Positions 29,583 through 43,262 of a stretch of DNA of 64,000 nucleotides are shown piece after piece. Position numbers and translations under genes: made by a program. This DNA comes from the human T2T-CHM13v2.0 reference genome, Homo sapiens, in assembly GCF_009914755.1 (NCBI RefSeq), contig NC_060931.1. One strand, 5' to 3'. Each line of letters starts with the position of its first letter. Position 1 is the stretch's first letter. The notes beneath the pieces are model-generated. The model searched no databases. It had not been told where the DNA came from and saw nothing but the letters and a program-made list of their open reading frames with translations.

Positions 29583-31157
29583 TAGTGCAGACTTTTAAAA
29601 GCTATGCTGGACTGCCGCACAAAACACCCAGGTGTGTTTATTTCAGCATTGTTTGTAAAGACACAAACCTAGAAGCAATGCAAATGTCCATCGGCAGGGG
29701 AATGGTTAAATGTATTACAGCAGATCCACACTGCACAGTCATATGAGGCATAAAAAAGACTGAATTAGAACCTTACCAGGTGATAGAGAAAGATTTCCTC
29801 AAGATATTGTTGAGAGAAGAAAAGCAGAAAAGCATGAAAAACGCAATTCAAAAACTGAAAAATAGTAACCCCAAGCCTGTGTGTATGTAGCTAGAGATAT
29901 GTAAATATAAATATATTAGTATGTGATTATATGATTCAGATAAAAAATATGGAAGGGCACATTTTAGATTATCAATATTTGTCACAGGAGATGAGCCGAG
30001 GTAACAGGAGCCAGCCATGCCAGGAGAAGCCAAAGTCTATATAAAAATTACATCTGTGGGTAAAAAATAAATAAATCTCTTACAGCCAAGATGCCATTTG
30101 GTAAAAATGTCTTAGCTTAATTATTAGTGGTAAACAAATGTCTTAGATATGCATTCATCAATGCACTATTCTTATCACCTAAGGACTTGATGCTGGGTTC
30201 TACAAACTGTTCTACACATGAGCTCCTGGCATATTGTGAATGCCTCATGTATATGGTACAACTATGCTCACCCTACCCTGGGTCTCTTCCCTTCTTTATC
30301 TCTTTTTCCATTTATCCCCCCTTTACTCAGCACAGACCTCTTTACTAATTCCCTACTGTCTACGAAATGGAGTCTGGACTCCTCGGATTCTCAGGACAGC
30401 CAAAGCACGAGGACCACCTGCCTTGAGACACCATCTGCCTCTCCCGGGCAGCTCCTCCTCTGCCCTCCCCACGCTTCCTTAGGCTTTGCTCTGCTGCCCA
30501 TCTGTGCGCGATTGTTTCTTCTGTTCTTCTTCTCTCATTTACATGGGCGCAAATTTCCTACCCTGAAAATCCACTTAAAATACTGTGTAGTTCCTTCATG
30601 ATTTCTTCATGATTTCCTGCACCTTCTCAAGACAAATATGTTCATCTTCTCTTGAATTATTTTTTTTATTATTATTATTCTACTTTAAGGTTTTTTTTAA
30701 AAAAAACACAAAGGTTTCCAAACCCTTTTAGCTGGAACCTTGTTCTCCAATCTAGAACAGACGAAAGTGAAGCCTTGCCTCTGGCAAGGAGGGGTGCCTG
30801 GTCCACTGAGCCCCTCAGGCTCTTCCTCCTCCCCATCTCTATGCTTCTGTGCAAAATAGCTTGAGAAAGCACTGCTCTAATCTACTGTCTGCGTCTCTCC
30901 TTCCATCCCTCCCTGGCCACTTTGTGTTAGCTTTTAAACTGGATCAGGGCAACATCTTATTGTTCAGGTTTGCCCTCTGCAGCCAGCGTGGTTTCTGGCA
31001 TGGAGGCAGCACCCTTCAGGTCCTGAGGCAGGTGCCACACAGCAAAAGGCAAACCCAGGTTTCATGCCTGCTCCAACTCTCAGTAGAACCTGGGCAGCTT
31101 TCTTAACCTATCTGAGTCTCAGCCTCCTAGTTCACCAAAAGGACATAAGAGTGCCTG

Positions 31158-31330
31158 ATGTGGTTTGACGGATGCGTCTCTCAGAATTCATATGTTGAAA
31201 CTTAATCACCAACGTGATGATATTAAGAGGTGGGGCCTTTAAGAAGTGATTAAACGATGAGGGCAGAGTCATGAATGGGAGTAAGGCCCTTATAAAAGGC
31301 CTTGAGAGAGTGAGTTTGCCCACTAGGTAC
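31158..31330 (+). mobile_element. MaLR LTR fragment (MLT1A/MST-like)
   Basis: aattcatatgttgaaacttaatcaccaacgtgatgatattaagaggtggggccttt. Confidence 0.75.
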
Positions 31331-31349
31331 AGTAGCACCACCACGATCA

Positions 31350-31433
31350 CCCCCAGCTGTCACAACCAAAAATGTTTCCAGACATTGCCACAATTCTCCT
31401 AGGAGGCAAAATCACTCTGTTGAGAATCACTGT
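31350..31433. mobile_element. MER20 fragment
   Basis: acaaccaaaaatgtttccagacattgcca...gttgagaatcactg. Confidence 0.75.
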
Positions 31434-31544
31434 TTTCATGATGGAAGACTGGAAAAAGAAAAGGTTAAGCAAAATTTTTGCAGGATTAAAAGTATTTCTG
31501 TAGGCCTAGAGTTTTAGGAAAACATTTTCAGCCTTGGAATACGT

Positions 31545-32240
31545 CATGGCTGCGGGTTGAATATATGTGTTTTTCCAAAATTCATAGGTTGAAACTTAAC
31601 CCCCAAGGTGATGGTATTAAGAAGTCAGACCTTGGCTGGGCAAGGAAAGTCATGCCTGTAATCCCAGCACTTTGGGAGGCCAAGGCGGGTGGATCACCTG
31701 AAGTCAGGAGTTCAAGACCAGTCTGACAACATGGTGAAACCCCATCTCTACTAAAAATACAAAAATTAGCCAGGCATGGTGGCACATGTCTGTAATCCCA
31801 GCTACTCAGGAAGGCTAAGGCAGGAGAATCGCTTGAACCTGGGAGGCAGAGGTTGCAGTGAGCCTAATTGCATTGCACTCCAGCCTGAGCAACAAAAGCA
31901 AAACTCCATCTCAAAAATAAACAACAACAGAAAAAGAAGTGAGGCGTTTGGGAAAGTGATTAAGTCATGAGGGCTCCACCTTTGTGAATGGGATCAGTCC
32001 CCCTATAAAAGAGGTTGAAGGGAGTGGCCTAGTCCCTTTTGCTCTTCCCATTCTGCCATTTGAGGATACCGCAAGGTGTCCATCTTAGAAGCAGAGAACA
32101 AGGCCTTACCAGACCCTGAATCTTTTGGCACCTTGATCTTGGATTTCTCAGCCTTCAGAGCTGTGAGAAATAAATTTCTATTATTTATAAATTACTCAAG
32201 CCATGGTATTTTGTTATAGCCACAGGAATGAACTAAGACA
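31545..32240 (+). mobile_element. MaLR LTR (MLT1A-like) split by an Alu
   Basis: 5' part 31545-31633 and 3' part 31936-32240, ending gtgagaaataaatttct...ttttgttatagcc...actaagaca. Confidence 0.8.
31634..31935 (+). mobile_element. AluS
   Basis: Full dimer inside the LTR. Confidence 0.93.
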
Positions 32241-33031
32241 CTCACATATTAGACTTCTCTGATTATTGGACCAGCATAACTGAACCACACACTTTAGTTT
32301 TCAAATGTTGGCAACTGAAGAACTTACTTTAAGTAATGACCTTCAAGTAATGACCAGGTGAGTCTCGGTGCAGTTAGTCCACTGAGTTCATGTCCTGATT
32401 CCCTGCTAGTCCATCCAGAAGAGAATCTCCCAGATGCTGTTATCATTTGCTTCCCAAGACAGTTGCCTCCTGGACTGAGTCAGAGGGAAAAGCTTAGATA
32501 GAAGCCACACCTCTGTCTCCAGCCATAAGCGGGCTGCTGGAAGGATTCCCACAGAGTTGCCATGGGCTCTTCATGAAGGCTGGAGGTTAGCTATGGCCCT
32601 GGCGTGCTCTCACCTGCCCCACAACAGCCACCTCACCCTCCAAGCAGGCCTGCAGCTGCGCAGGAGTTCTAGACACCATGCCTCAGTCCTCCCACAGGCC
32701 AAGAGGGAAAAATTACAAAGCAAACCACTGGTGGGGATGCCAGGGCCTACACCAAACCCCCTATTAGCTGTGGAGACAGGAGACTAGCCTGTGGCCAAAC
32801 CCTGAACTCAGCCCACAAGAATGTGCACGGAGCACAGGGAATGACAGCAATGCTGGCCTTGGTATAAAAGCCAGGAGCAGGGAAATTTGATTGTGCCAGG
32901 AGGACAGGGAGCTGCAGAGAATCAAAACTCTGCTTCCCTAATATTTATTCCAAAAACAGCTCCGTGGTGGGGATGTTATTGCTGGCACTTCCGCCTACTC
33001 TTTGTACTGTGTGTTCTCTTTCCAAAGGTAG

Positions 33032-33343
<312 letters not shown>

Positions 33344-33479
33344 CTTGCTCGTATTTTTAAACACCAGCATCAAACAGCCCTGAAAACTGCTCTTTCTAGG
33401 AGCTTGGCTTTGTGGGGCCGCTAGAAGGATGCAAGGCCTTTGAGGAGACAATGTCAGAAGAGAGAGAAATCTTGAATTA

Positions 33480-33695
<216 letters not shown>

Positions 33696-34074
33696 TCAGC
33701 CCCTTTTTCCTTGAGATCGAGGGAAATAAATGGCAAGTGTAGATTGCAGATGTACTTACTAATGAGAGAGGCGCCGAAAGCAAGAACCAGAGGGAGGGAG
33801 AGGCTGGTGATATGAGGGGGATTAGATAAAAAGAAGACCCCCCCAATTAGTGGGGTGTAAGGAGGCAAGGATGCATGTGCCTGCAGGCGGTGGTGTGAGA
33901 GGAGGCCAAGTGGAGCCATTCATACTCTCAGCTTCTAGAAAAGCCTCTGTCCTCCATCCCTTCTTCCAGTATCCATGAGGAAATGCAATGAGTGATGCCT
34001 AAGGCAAAAAACTTCACTTTTGACCTTCAGACTATGTTTTTCATCTTAAAAAAAAAGATGAGGGACTTGGAATG

Positions 34075-34235
34075 GGTGGTTCTCAAATTTTAGTCGGCAA
34101 CTGCAGAATTTATTTTAAATGCAGATTTCCATAACCCACCCCATAGAGTCTGATCTCCAGGTACCTAGATCTTAACAAACACCCCAGGGATTCAGATACC
34201 AATGGAAGGGTCACCACCACCTTTGAGAAATTTTG
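34075..34235. mobile_element. MER5-like hAT remnant
   Basis: gtggttctcaaa...aaatgcagatttcc...ttaacaaacaccccaggg...ctttgagaaa. Confidence 0.6.
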
Positions 34236-36758
34236 CCTTAGATGTTAGCAGCGTCAAGAGTCTTTCAAAGAGTGTGAGAAAAAAAGCTGGCTGTTCATGC
34301 AGTTTTCACACTCTGAAATGAAATCTACCCCAGGCAGACACAACAGGTTTTCACTAGATTTTCTAATATATAAGAAGTTAGAAAATATGAGAAGACCAAA
34401 CCTGAAGGCAGTAACACTGAGTAAAGCATGGAAACATACATTGTGTGGGAACGTCATGAAGTCTTATTACTTAAATAATGAGGTTGAGAAAGGATAATTA
34501 TTTTTAATTAAACAAAGTTAGAAGGATAAGGAAAGAGGGGTATCTTTGAGATGGGTTTTTAAAAATGTAATAGAACTTAGCAATTATGAAGTACTTTTCA
34601 TCTTCAAAGAACCTATTAACATTAAATTACTCTTTCTTTTCATTCTCCTGTGAGGTAAGTAAGCAAATACTAACATTATTATCCCTTATTTGTAGATGGG
34701 AAGAGAGGAGTGGAGAGGCTTTGACATGCCCATGCAGAGCTAAAATTGAAAGAATTCTTTTTTCACAAGTTCCTACTAGAGACTGTGGAGACCCAGGTTT
34801 GGGGCTATTGTTTCACCTCTAGCTCTCCCGTGTGCTTGTAATATTTGGAAAAGAAGTTACTGCAAAATTATGTAAGCAAGCATTAGTGGGAGGTGGAAGG
34901 AGCTCCTGTGTCCTGTAGAGGGGCATGAAATGCTATTTACAAGTCTCCAAATTTCCCTGGTATATCAGGATTTAAACTGAGGAGGTTTTCACGAGAATCA
35001 GCGTTAATTAACTTGAGCAGACTCTTTACATTATCTTATTTCAGCATCCTAATATAAAATAGGGATTAAAAATTATGCTTTATTTGTTGATTCAAAACTC
35101 TTTTTTATGAATGTATTATGGCATGATTACACAAATGAACATCGATGCTGCCTACCTTAGAAATTTGCTTCAAGGACAAAGGAAAGTAAAGCACTCTAGT
35201 AACAATATCAAGCCCAATAATCGGTCGGAATATGTGGTCAGCATCATGGCTGAGAAATTTTTAGGCTTGACTCTAAGTATGAAAATTAACAAAATTGGAA
35301 CTATTATTTAAATTACTGAAAATGTAATTTCCATGAAATCAGTTCATTTCCTGAATATTTAAATGCTAAATAGAATGGACAGAATCAATATATTGCATTC
35401 AAAAGTCTTTTTGTCTGTTGGGAGAGGTTTAAAAAGCAAATTATATGAAAGTATAAAGACGTCTTTCTGTTCAGCCCAGTTTCATGAGAGGAGGGATACA
35501 TTCAGCGGGGTGGAGGGTAAAGAGTTTGACAACAACAGAAACTGGAATGACAGGAGGGGTGGGCCCATTGTAAACCACCTAGCATCAGTTATTCTCAATT
35601 AAAAATAGCGCAGCTGAAAAAAGTACTGCAAATGGCATTAGCAGAGGTGGACCAGGGACAGAGGTACAATCCTAATCAAATTGAGAACAGAACCAAGGTA
35701 GCTCAGTGATCTCAGGATCGGAGAAGGGGGATGTTGGTGGAGATGTATAAAACTAATGATCAGGAATATCATTGTGAACGATAAATGGGAATCACTATAG
35801 ACCTCTAGGGAAGTGTGTGATGTAATCCAGGAAATGGATCCTCCAGCCTAGGCTGAGAGCAGATCAGCCTTGGGACCTTTAGGGGTACAGAGGAGAGGAG
35901 AGGCTTCCTACTTTCAGATGATGAATAGAAAACAAAGGCTACACTGGCTGTCCCTACTATCCAGACTTCTAGGGACTTTCTCTTTATAGTCTAATTTTAA
36001 AGAGTATCAATAAATTCTATTATCTAAAGAAAAATATCATCAGTAGGTAAATCTTCAAAACAATAAAGCATCATAGAACATAGTCACAAGCCTCAATATT
36101 ATACTGATTTAGTATTTTATTTGGCTTATGCATTCCATATTTTCCCTCTATCTATGCAATTAATTCAGAACCAATTACTTAAATAGCTTCAGGTATTTCT
36201 GGTATCCTGATTGTATCAGTACATAGATCTTGTGTGGCATGGCAACTTGATGTTGTCAGAGCCATTATTATTTTGCCATTCATGTGAAAATTACAGAATG
36301 CTACATCAGTTTAGACTTAGGTCATATTTAAATAATTCTAACATCTTCCTGAAGCATAATGTCCCTAGATTGTACACTCCATGGGAGCATGAGGGCCTTG
36401 TCTATTATGTTCACTAAGTATTCCAGCAGTTAGCACAGTGCCTTGCAGATGATAGATAACTTATGATTCATAGAAAGATTGAATGAATGAATGGAGTGGA
36501 AATTCTAAACATTGTTTGGTTTAGCCCAAGTTGATTTTTTTTAACCTGACTCAGATTTATGGAAATATTGTGCATTGGTTAATGCATCACAGGTAAGAAA
36601 GAGATAATAACATTTAAAGGGTCAATAAGGCACTCTGGGTTCTGCCCGGAACACAATGGCATTGCCATTCCTGTATTCTCTGGTCTGTGCAGCTCAAATA
36701 ATTAAGGCTTCTAAACCTTCACCTTCCTGTATTATCCAGTTAGATGAAGATATAGCAG

Positions 36759-37046
36759 GGCCAGGTGCAGTGGCTCACGCCTGTGATCCCAACACTTTGG
36801 GAGGCCAAGGCAGGAAGATTGCTTGAGTCCAGGAGTTTGAGACTACCCTGGGCAACATAGCAAGACCTGTCTCTACAAAAAATAAATTAGCCAGGCATGG
36901 TGGTGTGCAACTGTGGTCCCTGCTACTCGGGAGACTAAGGCGAGAGGATCACTTAACCCAGGAGGTCAAAGCTGCAGTGAGCCGAGATCGCATCACTGCA
37001 TTCAGCCTGGGCAACAGAGTGAGACTCTGTCTCAAAAAAAGAAAAA
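36759..37046 (+). mobile_element. AluJ
   Basis: Full dimer; TSD-like tatagcagg. Confidence 0.93.
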
Positions 37047-37299
37047 ATTTTTGAGGCTATAGCAGGTTTCAGAGCACTTTAGTTATCCAGGCAAGCAGCC
37101 TTTTATGGTCAAATTTTCTATATAATTCTGGGCTTGGAACTAGACACTGTATCTCATTCTAAAACTAGATAAATTCCCTTCTTGCGTGAAATTAAATATA
37201 TTACTTTAGTGGAACACTTACAAATTCCAAGATCCTATGCTGAGTGAAAGGTGTTCTGGACAAGCAAGGAGGAGGGCTATGCTGCGGGTGGGCACTCCC

Positions 37300-37728
37300 T
37301 CACTTTCCTAAGGCTGCCATAGCAAATTACCACAAACTGGCCATTCTCAGTTCTGGAAGCCAGAAGGCCAAAATCAAGGTGTCAGCAAGGCCACACTCCC
37401 TCTGAAGGCTCCAGGGGAGACCCTTTTTTTTACCTCTTTCAGCTTCTGGGATTTCAACGGCTCCTTGGCTTGTGGCTGCATCACTCCAGTCTCTGCCTCT
37501 GTCTCACATGGCCTTCTCATCGGTTCCTGTGTCCTCTCCTCTCTATCTCTTATAAGAACGCTTGTCGATGGATTAGGGCCCACCTGGATAATCCAAGATC
37601 ATCTTATCTTGAGGTCCTTTACTTAATTATATCTTCAAAGACTCCTTCTCCAAATAACATCACGTTCACAGGTTCCAGGGTTTAGGATATGGGCATATCT
37701 TGTGGGAGCCAATATTCAACCCATTCAG
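37300..37728 (-). mobile_element. MaLR LTR (MLT1B/C-like)
   Basis: ggctgccatagcaaattaccacaaactgg...aaatcaaggtgtcagca...ggattagggcccacc. Confidence 0.8.
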
Positions 37729-39885
37729 ATACCTCCCATCATGGAAACCACCAAGTTTAATAATGCAGTATTATGTTTCACTCTGAACCTTTGGAGTGTC
37801 TGTTTCTAAAGAATACACCAGATTTTGATAGAAAATTCACCAATCTTTCCAAAAGCCCCCAAAGGCCTCTGAGAAGAAATTGGTAGTATTCTCCCAAGGT
37901 AAACAGAGAAACCAGTGAAAAAAATTTCAACTGTTTGCCTGAGCTCATAAAGCAAATTCACAAAAAAGTCAACCTGGAGAACTAATGACTGAGGCTCAGA
38001 CAACGGTAAAATAGCTAGAAAGTTAAATAACTAAAAACTGAGCTATTAGCTAACGTTAATAGCTAAACTGAGAGCTAAGCTATTTTGGTCCATTAATTAA
38101 CTACTTTGATTAATTTTGTAGAGTGAATTGTTCAGTCGTTTGACCATGAAAGGCTGCTTGCCTGGATAACTAAATGCACATCGTTTTTGCGACTTGTAGA
38201 CATAATCTCAGTCATGAGCATCCATGATATCGCAAAACAAAATATTTCAACTCTCCCAGTAAAGAATATTTGGAAGCTAAGGAGAAATCATGCTTTAGAG
38301 GTCAATGAAAGCATCTTTGAGGGCCAGAGTGGTAACATACCTGGACACATCTAGATACGGGAGGAAATCAAAGGTGGGGTAATGTTCTCTATATTTATGG
38401 GAAGGTTTATTTTCCTGGATCTTTGTTCCTTAACTCCTTTCCACATTAACCTAATTTAATCCTTATAATCTGGGAAAATGTGATTGATACATTCAGTATT
38501 AACACAAGCTAACCAGAATGATGGGTCAAAAAATATCACACTTTCAAATGATCAGTTTTACCACAACTGGTTTTTCATTGAATTGAAGAGCAATACTAAG
38601 TATGTTATTTGCCATCTCTATATGGTCAGAGGGTTTGTTAAGAGTCTGCATAAGGTACTTTTAGAAGTGCTTTCTCTAAAAGAGAGGCACACCGCACACT
38701 TGGCCCACCACGTTGAGGGGAAGCAGCTCTGGTCTCACTCCTCTGCCCCCCTGCAGGGCAGATATTAATGGAGGGGACTTGGCGGCACCAGGGCTAGACA
38801 TTCATTTCAGTTGCTAATTAGCAATCCGAAGATAATATCCTGTCATTATCCTGTGTTGGCAGAGTCTCTTTCATGGCAGATGAAGAAAACTTCAAGTTTT
38901 CTCAGCTAATTTGTAAAATCATTTCCACATAAAGGGAAGCTATGAAAACCAAATATAAATCATGACTTGCATCTGCAATATTTAAACAATTTTTATGGGG
39001 CATTGGGGAGGAGATTCTTTACACATTCCCCAAAACAGTATCTGAATAAAGGTGGGTGTAGAGAATAGACCAAACCTACCTAACCCCCGTGGCAGTGACC
39101 TACATTCCACTCCAGCCACCTGCTCCCACAGTGGCCCTCTCAACCTCATTATCACCCAGAACTGTGCCATGTCAGAAACTGAAAACTCTAAAATCCTACT
39201 GTCAATCATTCTACAGCCGGCGTTCCCACCTCCTCCCCCTACCATCGCTCCTTGCCAAGCTCGTTCTCACCTTGGATTCTCTGTCTCCTCATAGTCTGGC
39301 ATGGCCTCCTTCATCCCAGGCCTCCTGAGCGCCTTCATTCCCTGCACACCCAATTCCCTCCCTGCTCCATGCTTGCACCCCATCTGAAGGACAAAACGCC
39401 ACTGTGGATTAGTATTGTAACTCACTCTTCCCCATTCCATGCCAGGGTAGTTTTCTATAGCTCTAGCCCTGGAGAAAATGAAATAATTCCAAGAAAGGGT
39501 ACAATTCTAAATCACACTCCCTGACCTCAGAAAGTGCCACAGCAAAGCTCACCAGTCCTGTTACAGGGGCATCTTCCATTTGACTGTCCCAAAAGCCTCC
39601 ATCAACCAAAATCACGTCCACTGTGAGATGACTTCAGACCCTACTGAAATGGAAACACTGAGGTGACCACTTCAATTTCTCACCCCAAATAAAAATGCTA
39701 CCCAACCTTAACACCCTCGCTGGAGTCCATTCCTCCACTCAAGTTGGACCTGCCCACTCAGGCTCTAGGCCCACCAGTCCCCATCTCCATGCCTCTCCAG
39801 CAGTCATCCCTTTCTCATGGATCTTTACACTTCATGCTCTCCCCCTGCTCTGCTCCTCTCCCTCACTCACTTCCTCACCTACTGA

Positions 39886-40371
<486 letters not shown>

Positions 40372-40546
40372 TGACATGCCATTGTCACCTAGTTTTTATT
40401 ATATCTTTATTATAAGTAAATAAACATAGTTTTATCACATCAGTAAGGTATACTCATTATGAAAAAATTTAATATACATAAGAAAATATCTCCATACAGA
40501 AATAAATGCCATTATTCTTCTGACCTAAGTTTTTCCATATCTTTTA

Positions 40547-40573
40547 TGGATGGATGGATGGATGGATGGATGG
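40547..40573. repeat. (GGAT)n tetranucleotide microsatellite
   Basis: tggatggatggatggatggatggatgga. Confidence 0.9.
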
Positions 40574-43059
40574 AAAGACAGATATAATTTTATATAAAAT
40601 ATAGCAATGTAATCAAAGTTTACTGCTTTATAAACTTCTCTCCATACTAACATATGAATTCTAAATTTATATTTTCAGCTCTGACCTCTCTATTGAGCTT
40701 CAAACTTTATTATCAAAATACCTACTAGACATCTCCACTTTGATCCTCCTCCAAGTTAATAATTAATCTCTCCCACCAAGCCACTTCTTCCTGTCATCCT
40801 TCTCTTCTGCTGCTGCTCACTGTCCTGCTGATTTACCTCCAAATTGTTCGGCATGATGCCCTTGACATATTGTAATAACCTCCAAATCTGCCCCCTCCTA
40901 AAATCTATATCCTTCATATGGGTGCAAAGTGATTTCTCTAAAAATGCCAAAACAAGCATGTCACTCCCCTGTTTAAACCTGTCAATGGGTTCTCATCGTC
41001 TACAGTTTAAAGGGTGAACTTGTTGGCATGGAAAATAAGACCTTCCAGGACCTCCTGCTATCTCTCTCCACAACCTTATCTCACATCTTGTCCTTCCTCA
41101 TTCTGTATGCTCTAGTAATCATGAATTGCACGCTGTTCTAAACACATACCATTATCTTTCCTGACTCTTTTCCGATGTGATTTTATTTTCTTGGAAAGCC
41201 TTTCCCTGTCCTCTTAAGCAAACTAATTTCTATTCATTCTTCCAGGCTAATTCTTAGGCTTACCTCACTTGTCACCTCCTTCAGGAGGCCTGCCTGGATT
41301 TAACCCCGCCAGAGCCAAGCTATGCTTCCTCCCCGGAGTTTTCACAGCACCCTGTGCACTTCTCTTCACCACTTGCTCCGTGGTGATGAGATACTGCATT
41401 GCTGTGTCTATCTCCCTTCCGAGCTTGTAAACTCAAAATGAATGAGTACCTTAGGATCTTCCTATGCACCTGGCACATAGTAGGCACTTGATAAGTTTGT
41501 TGAAATTGGAAACGTATGAACACACTGCAATTTCCCTCACATTGAAAAAACAACAACCCAAACCTTCATGTCATGCCCTCCTCCACTGACCACTCCACTG
41601 CTCCCCTTTAGAGGTGCATTCCTAGAAAGAGTTATCTGTGCTGGCTTTCTCCACTGCCTCTCCTCCCATTCTCTCCAGCCAGCTTCCTCCCCTGCACCCC
41701 TAATGAAGATTGCCAAAGCCATCTGGTGACCTCTCAGACTGCTTACTACCTGATCTCAGAGGCATTTGACACAGTCGGCCTCTGCCTCCTTCCTGCACCA
41801 TGCGCTCCACATCCCTGTTCCTCCAGCCTCGCCACCTGTTCTTTCTCATGTACTTTATTGTTGCCTCTCATCTTCCAGATCCCCGAATGCTGCATCAATT
41901 AACATTCAGCCCTGGGTCCGCCTCTCCATCTGCACAAACTTCCTCCATGATCTTGTCCAGATGCCTGGCTTCAAATGCCATCTGCATCCTGACGGCCCCA
42001 CAGTGACATCTGTAGTGCGGCCCTGTGCCCGGAGGTACTGACTCCTAAGTACAACTGCCTGCTCCACAGCTCCACTCAGATATAAATAGGCAGCACAAAC
42101 GTAATATGTCTGAAAGAGAACTCTCCATTTCCTCCTCCAAGCCCTGTTCTGGTGTTTCCCATCTCAGTAAATGGCACCCGGTTGCTCTGGCCCAAGGCCG
42201 TGGACTGTTCCTGGTGCCTCTCTTTTTCTCATCTCTCCCCTTAAATGCATCAGTAAATTCCCTTGGCTGTATCTTGAGAATACATCCAGACTCTGACCTC
42301 CTCACCTCCACTACCACCCCCAGTATAAGCCACCATCACCTCCCATCTGGATGCAGAAGCCTCCAGACAGGCCTCTGCCTTCACTCTTGCCAGACTCACC
42401 TCTCTCCATGCATCATCCAGAGTGATCATTTTAACACATCGGTTCATTCCAAAGACCCTACACGAAACTTCCAATGGATTCCCATCATACTTAGAATGAA
42501 ATCTAAAGTCCTTCCCATGGCCTGCCAAGTCCGGCATGATCTATCCCCTGGGTGCCTCTCCAAACTCATGTTCTGCCATTTCCCCCTTCTCTCTCTGGAG
42601 TCCACCCCCACTGGCCTCTTTGCATTGCTCAAGCAAACCACACACCTTCCCACCTTAGATCCCCTAAGCTGTCCCCCAGCTTGTGATGCTCATTCTCCAG
42701 GAGCTCACTCTTTTTCTTTACTCAGGTCCTGCATCATCCCCTCAGCAATGTTGACACTCCCTGGCACATTCAGAAGGAATTATTCTCCCCCCTCATCACT
42801 TCCCCAAAAGAAACCTGGAGCCCAAATTATTGGTGGGAGTTTAAGATGATATTTGGTGGGGTAGGAAGTACACTTACAGATTCAGAGAATGATGAAAAGC
42901 TGCTCAAATGTGCAGAGTGGAGCACAAAGCCTTAGGGGTAAGACCTGCATTGCCTCAGAGGGCCCAGTCAGCCTTCTTCAAGTTTTCAAGAAAGGCAAGT
43001 TAGAAAGGAGTATATCATCACCTGTTTAGATATATTTTCCCACACCCTGTGCTCTATTC

Positions 43060-43262
43060 CAGTGGTTCTCAAGAGAGGTTGATTTTGCACCATCACTCTC
43101 CACCGCCAGTGGACACTGGCAATGTCAGGAGGTAGTTTGGGTTGTCCCAGCTTGGGAGGCTGGTACTACTGGGCATCTAGTAGGTAGGAGTCAGAGATGC
43201 TGTTAAACATCCTATAATACACCAGAAAGCAAACATCAACAGTGCTGAGGCTGAGGAACCAA
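43060..43262. mobile_element. MER20
   Basis: cagtggttctcaa...ggcaatgtcaggag...ggcatctagtaggtagga...gatgctgttaaacatcctataat...agtgctgaggctgaggaacc. Confidence 0.85.

Noticed and set aside
42106-42849. Longest ORF in the track (247 aa)
   Set aside because: It lies in a C/T-rich L2 remnant. The Ser/Leu/Pro-rich translation has no recognisable domain, and this composition is naturally poor in stop codons.
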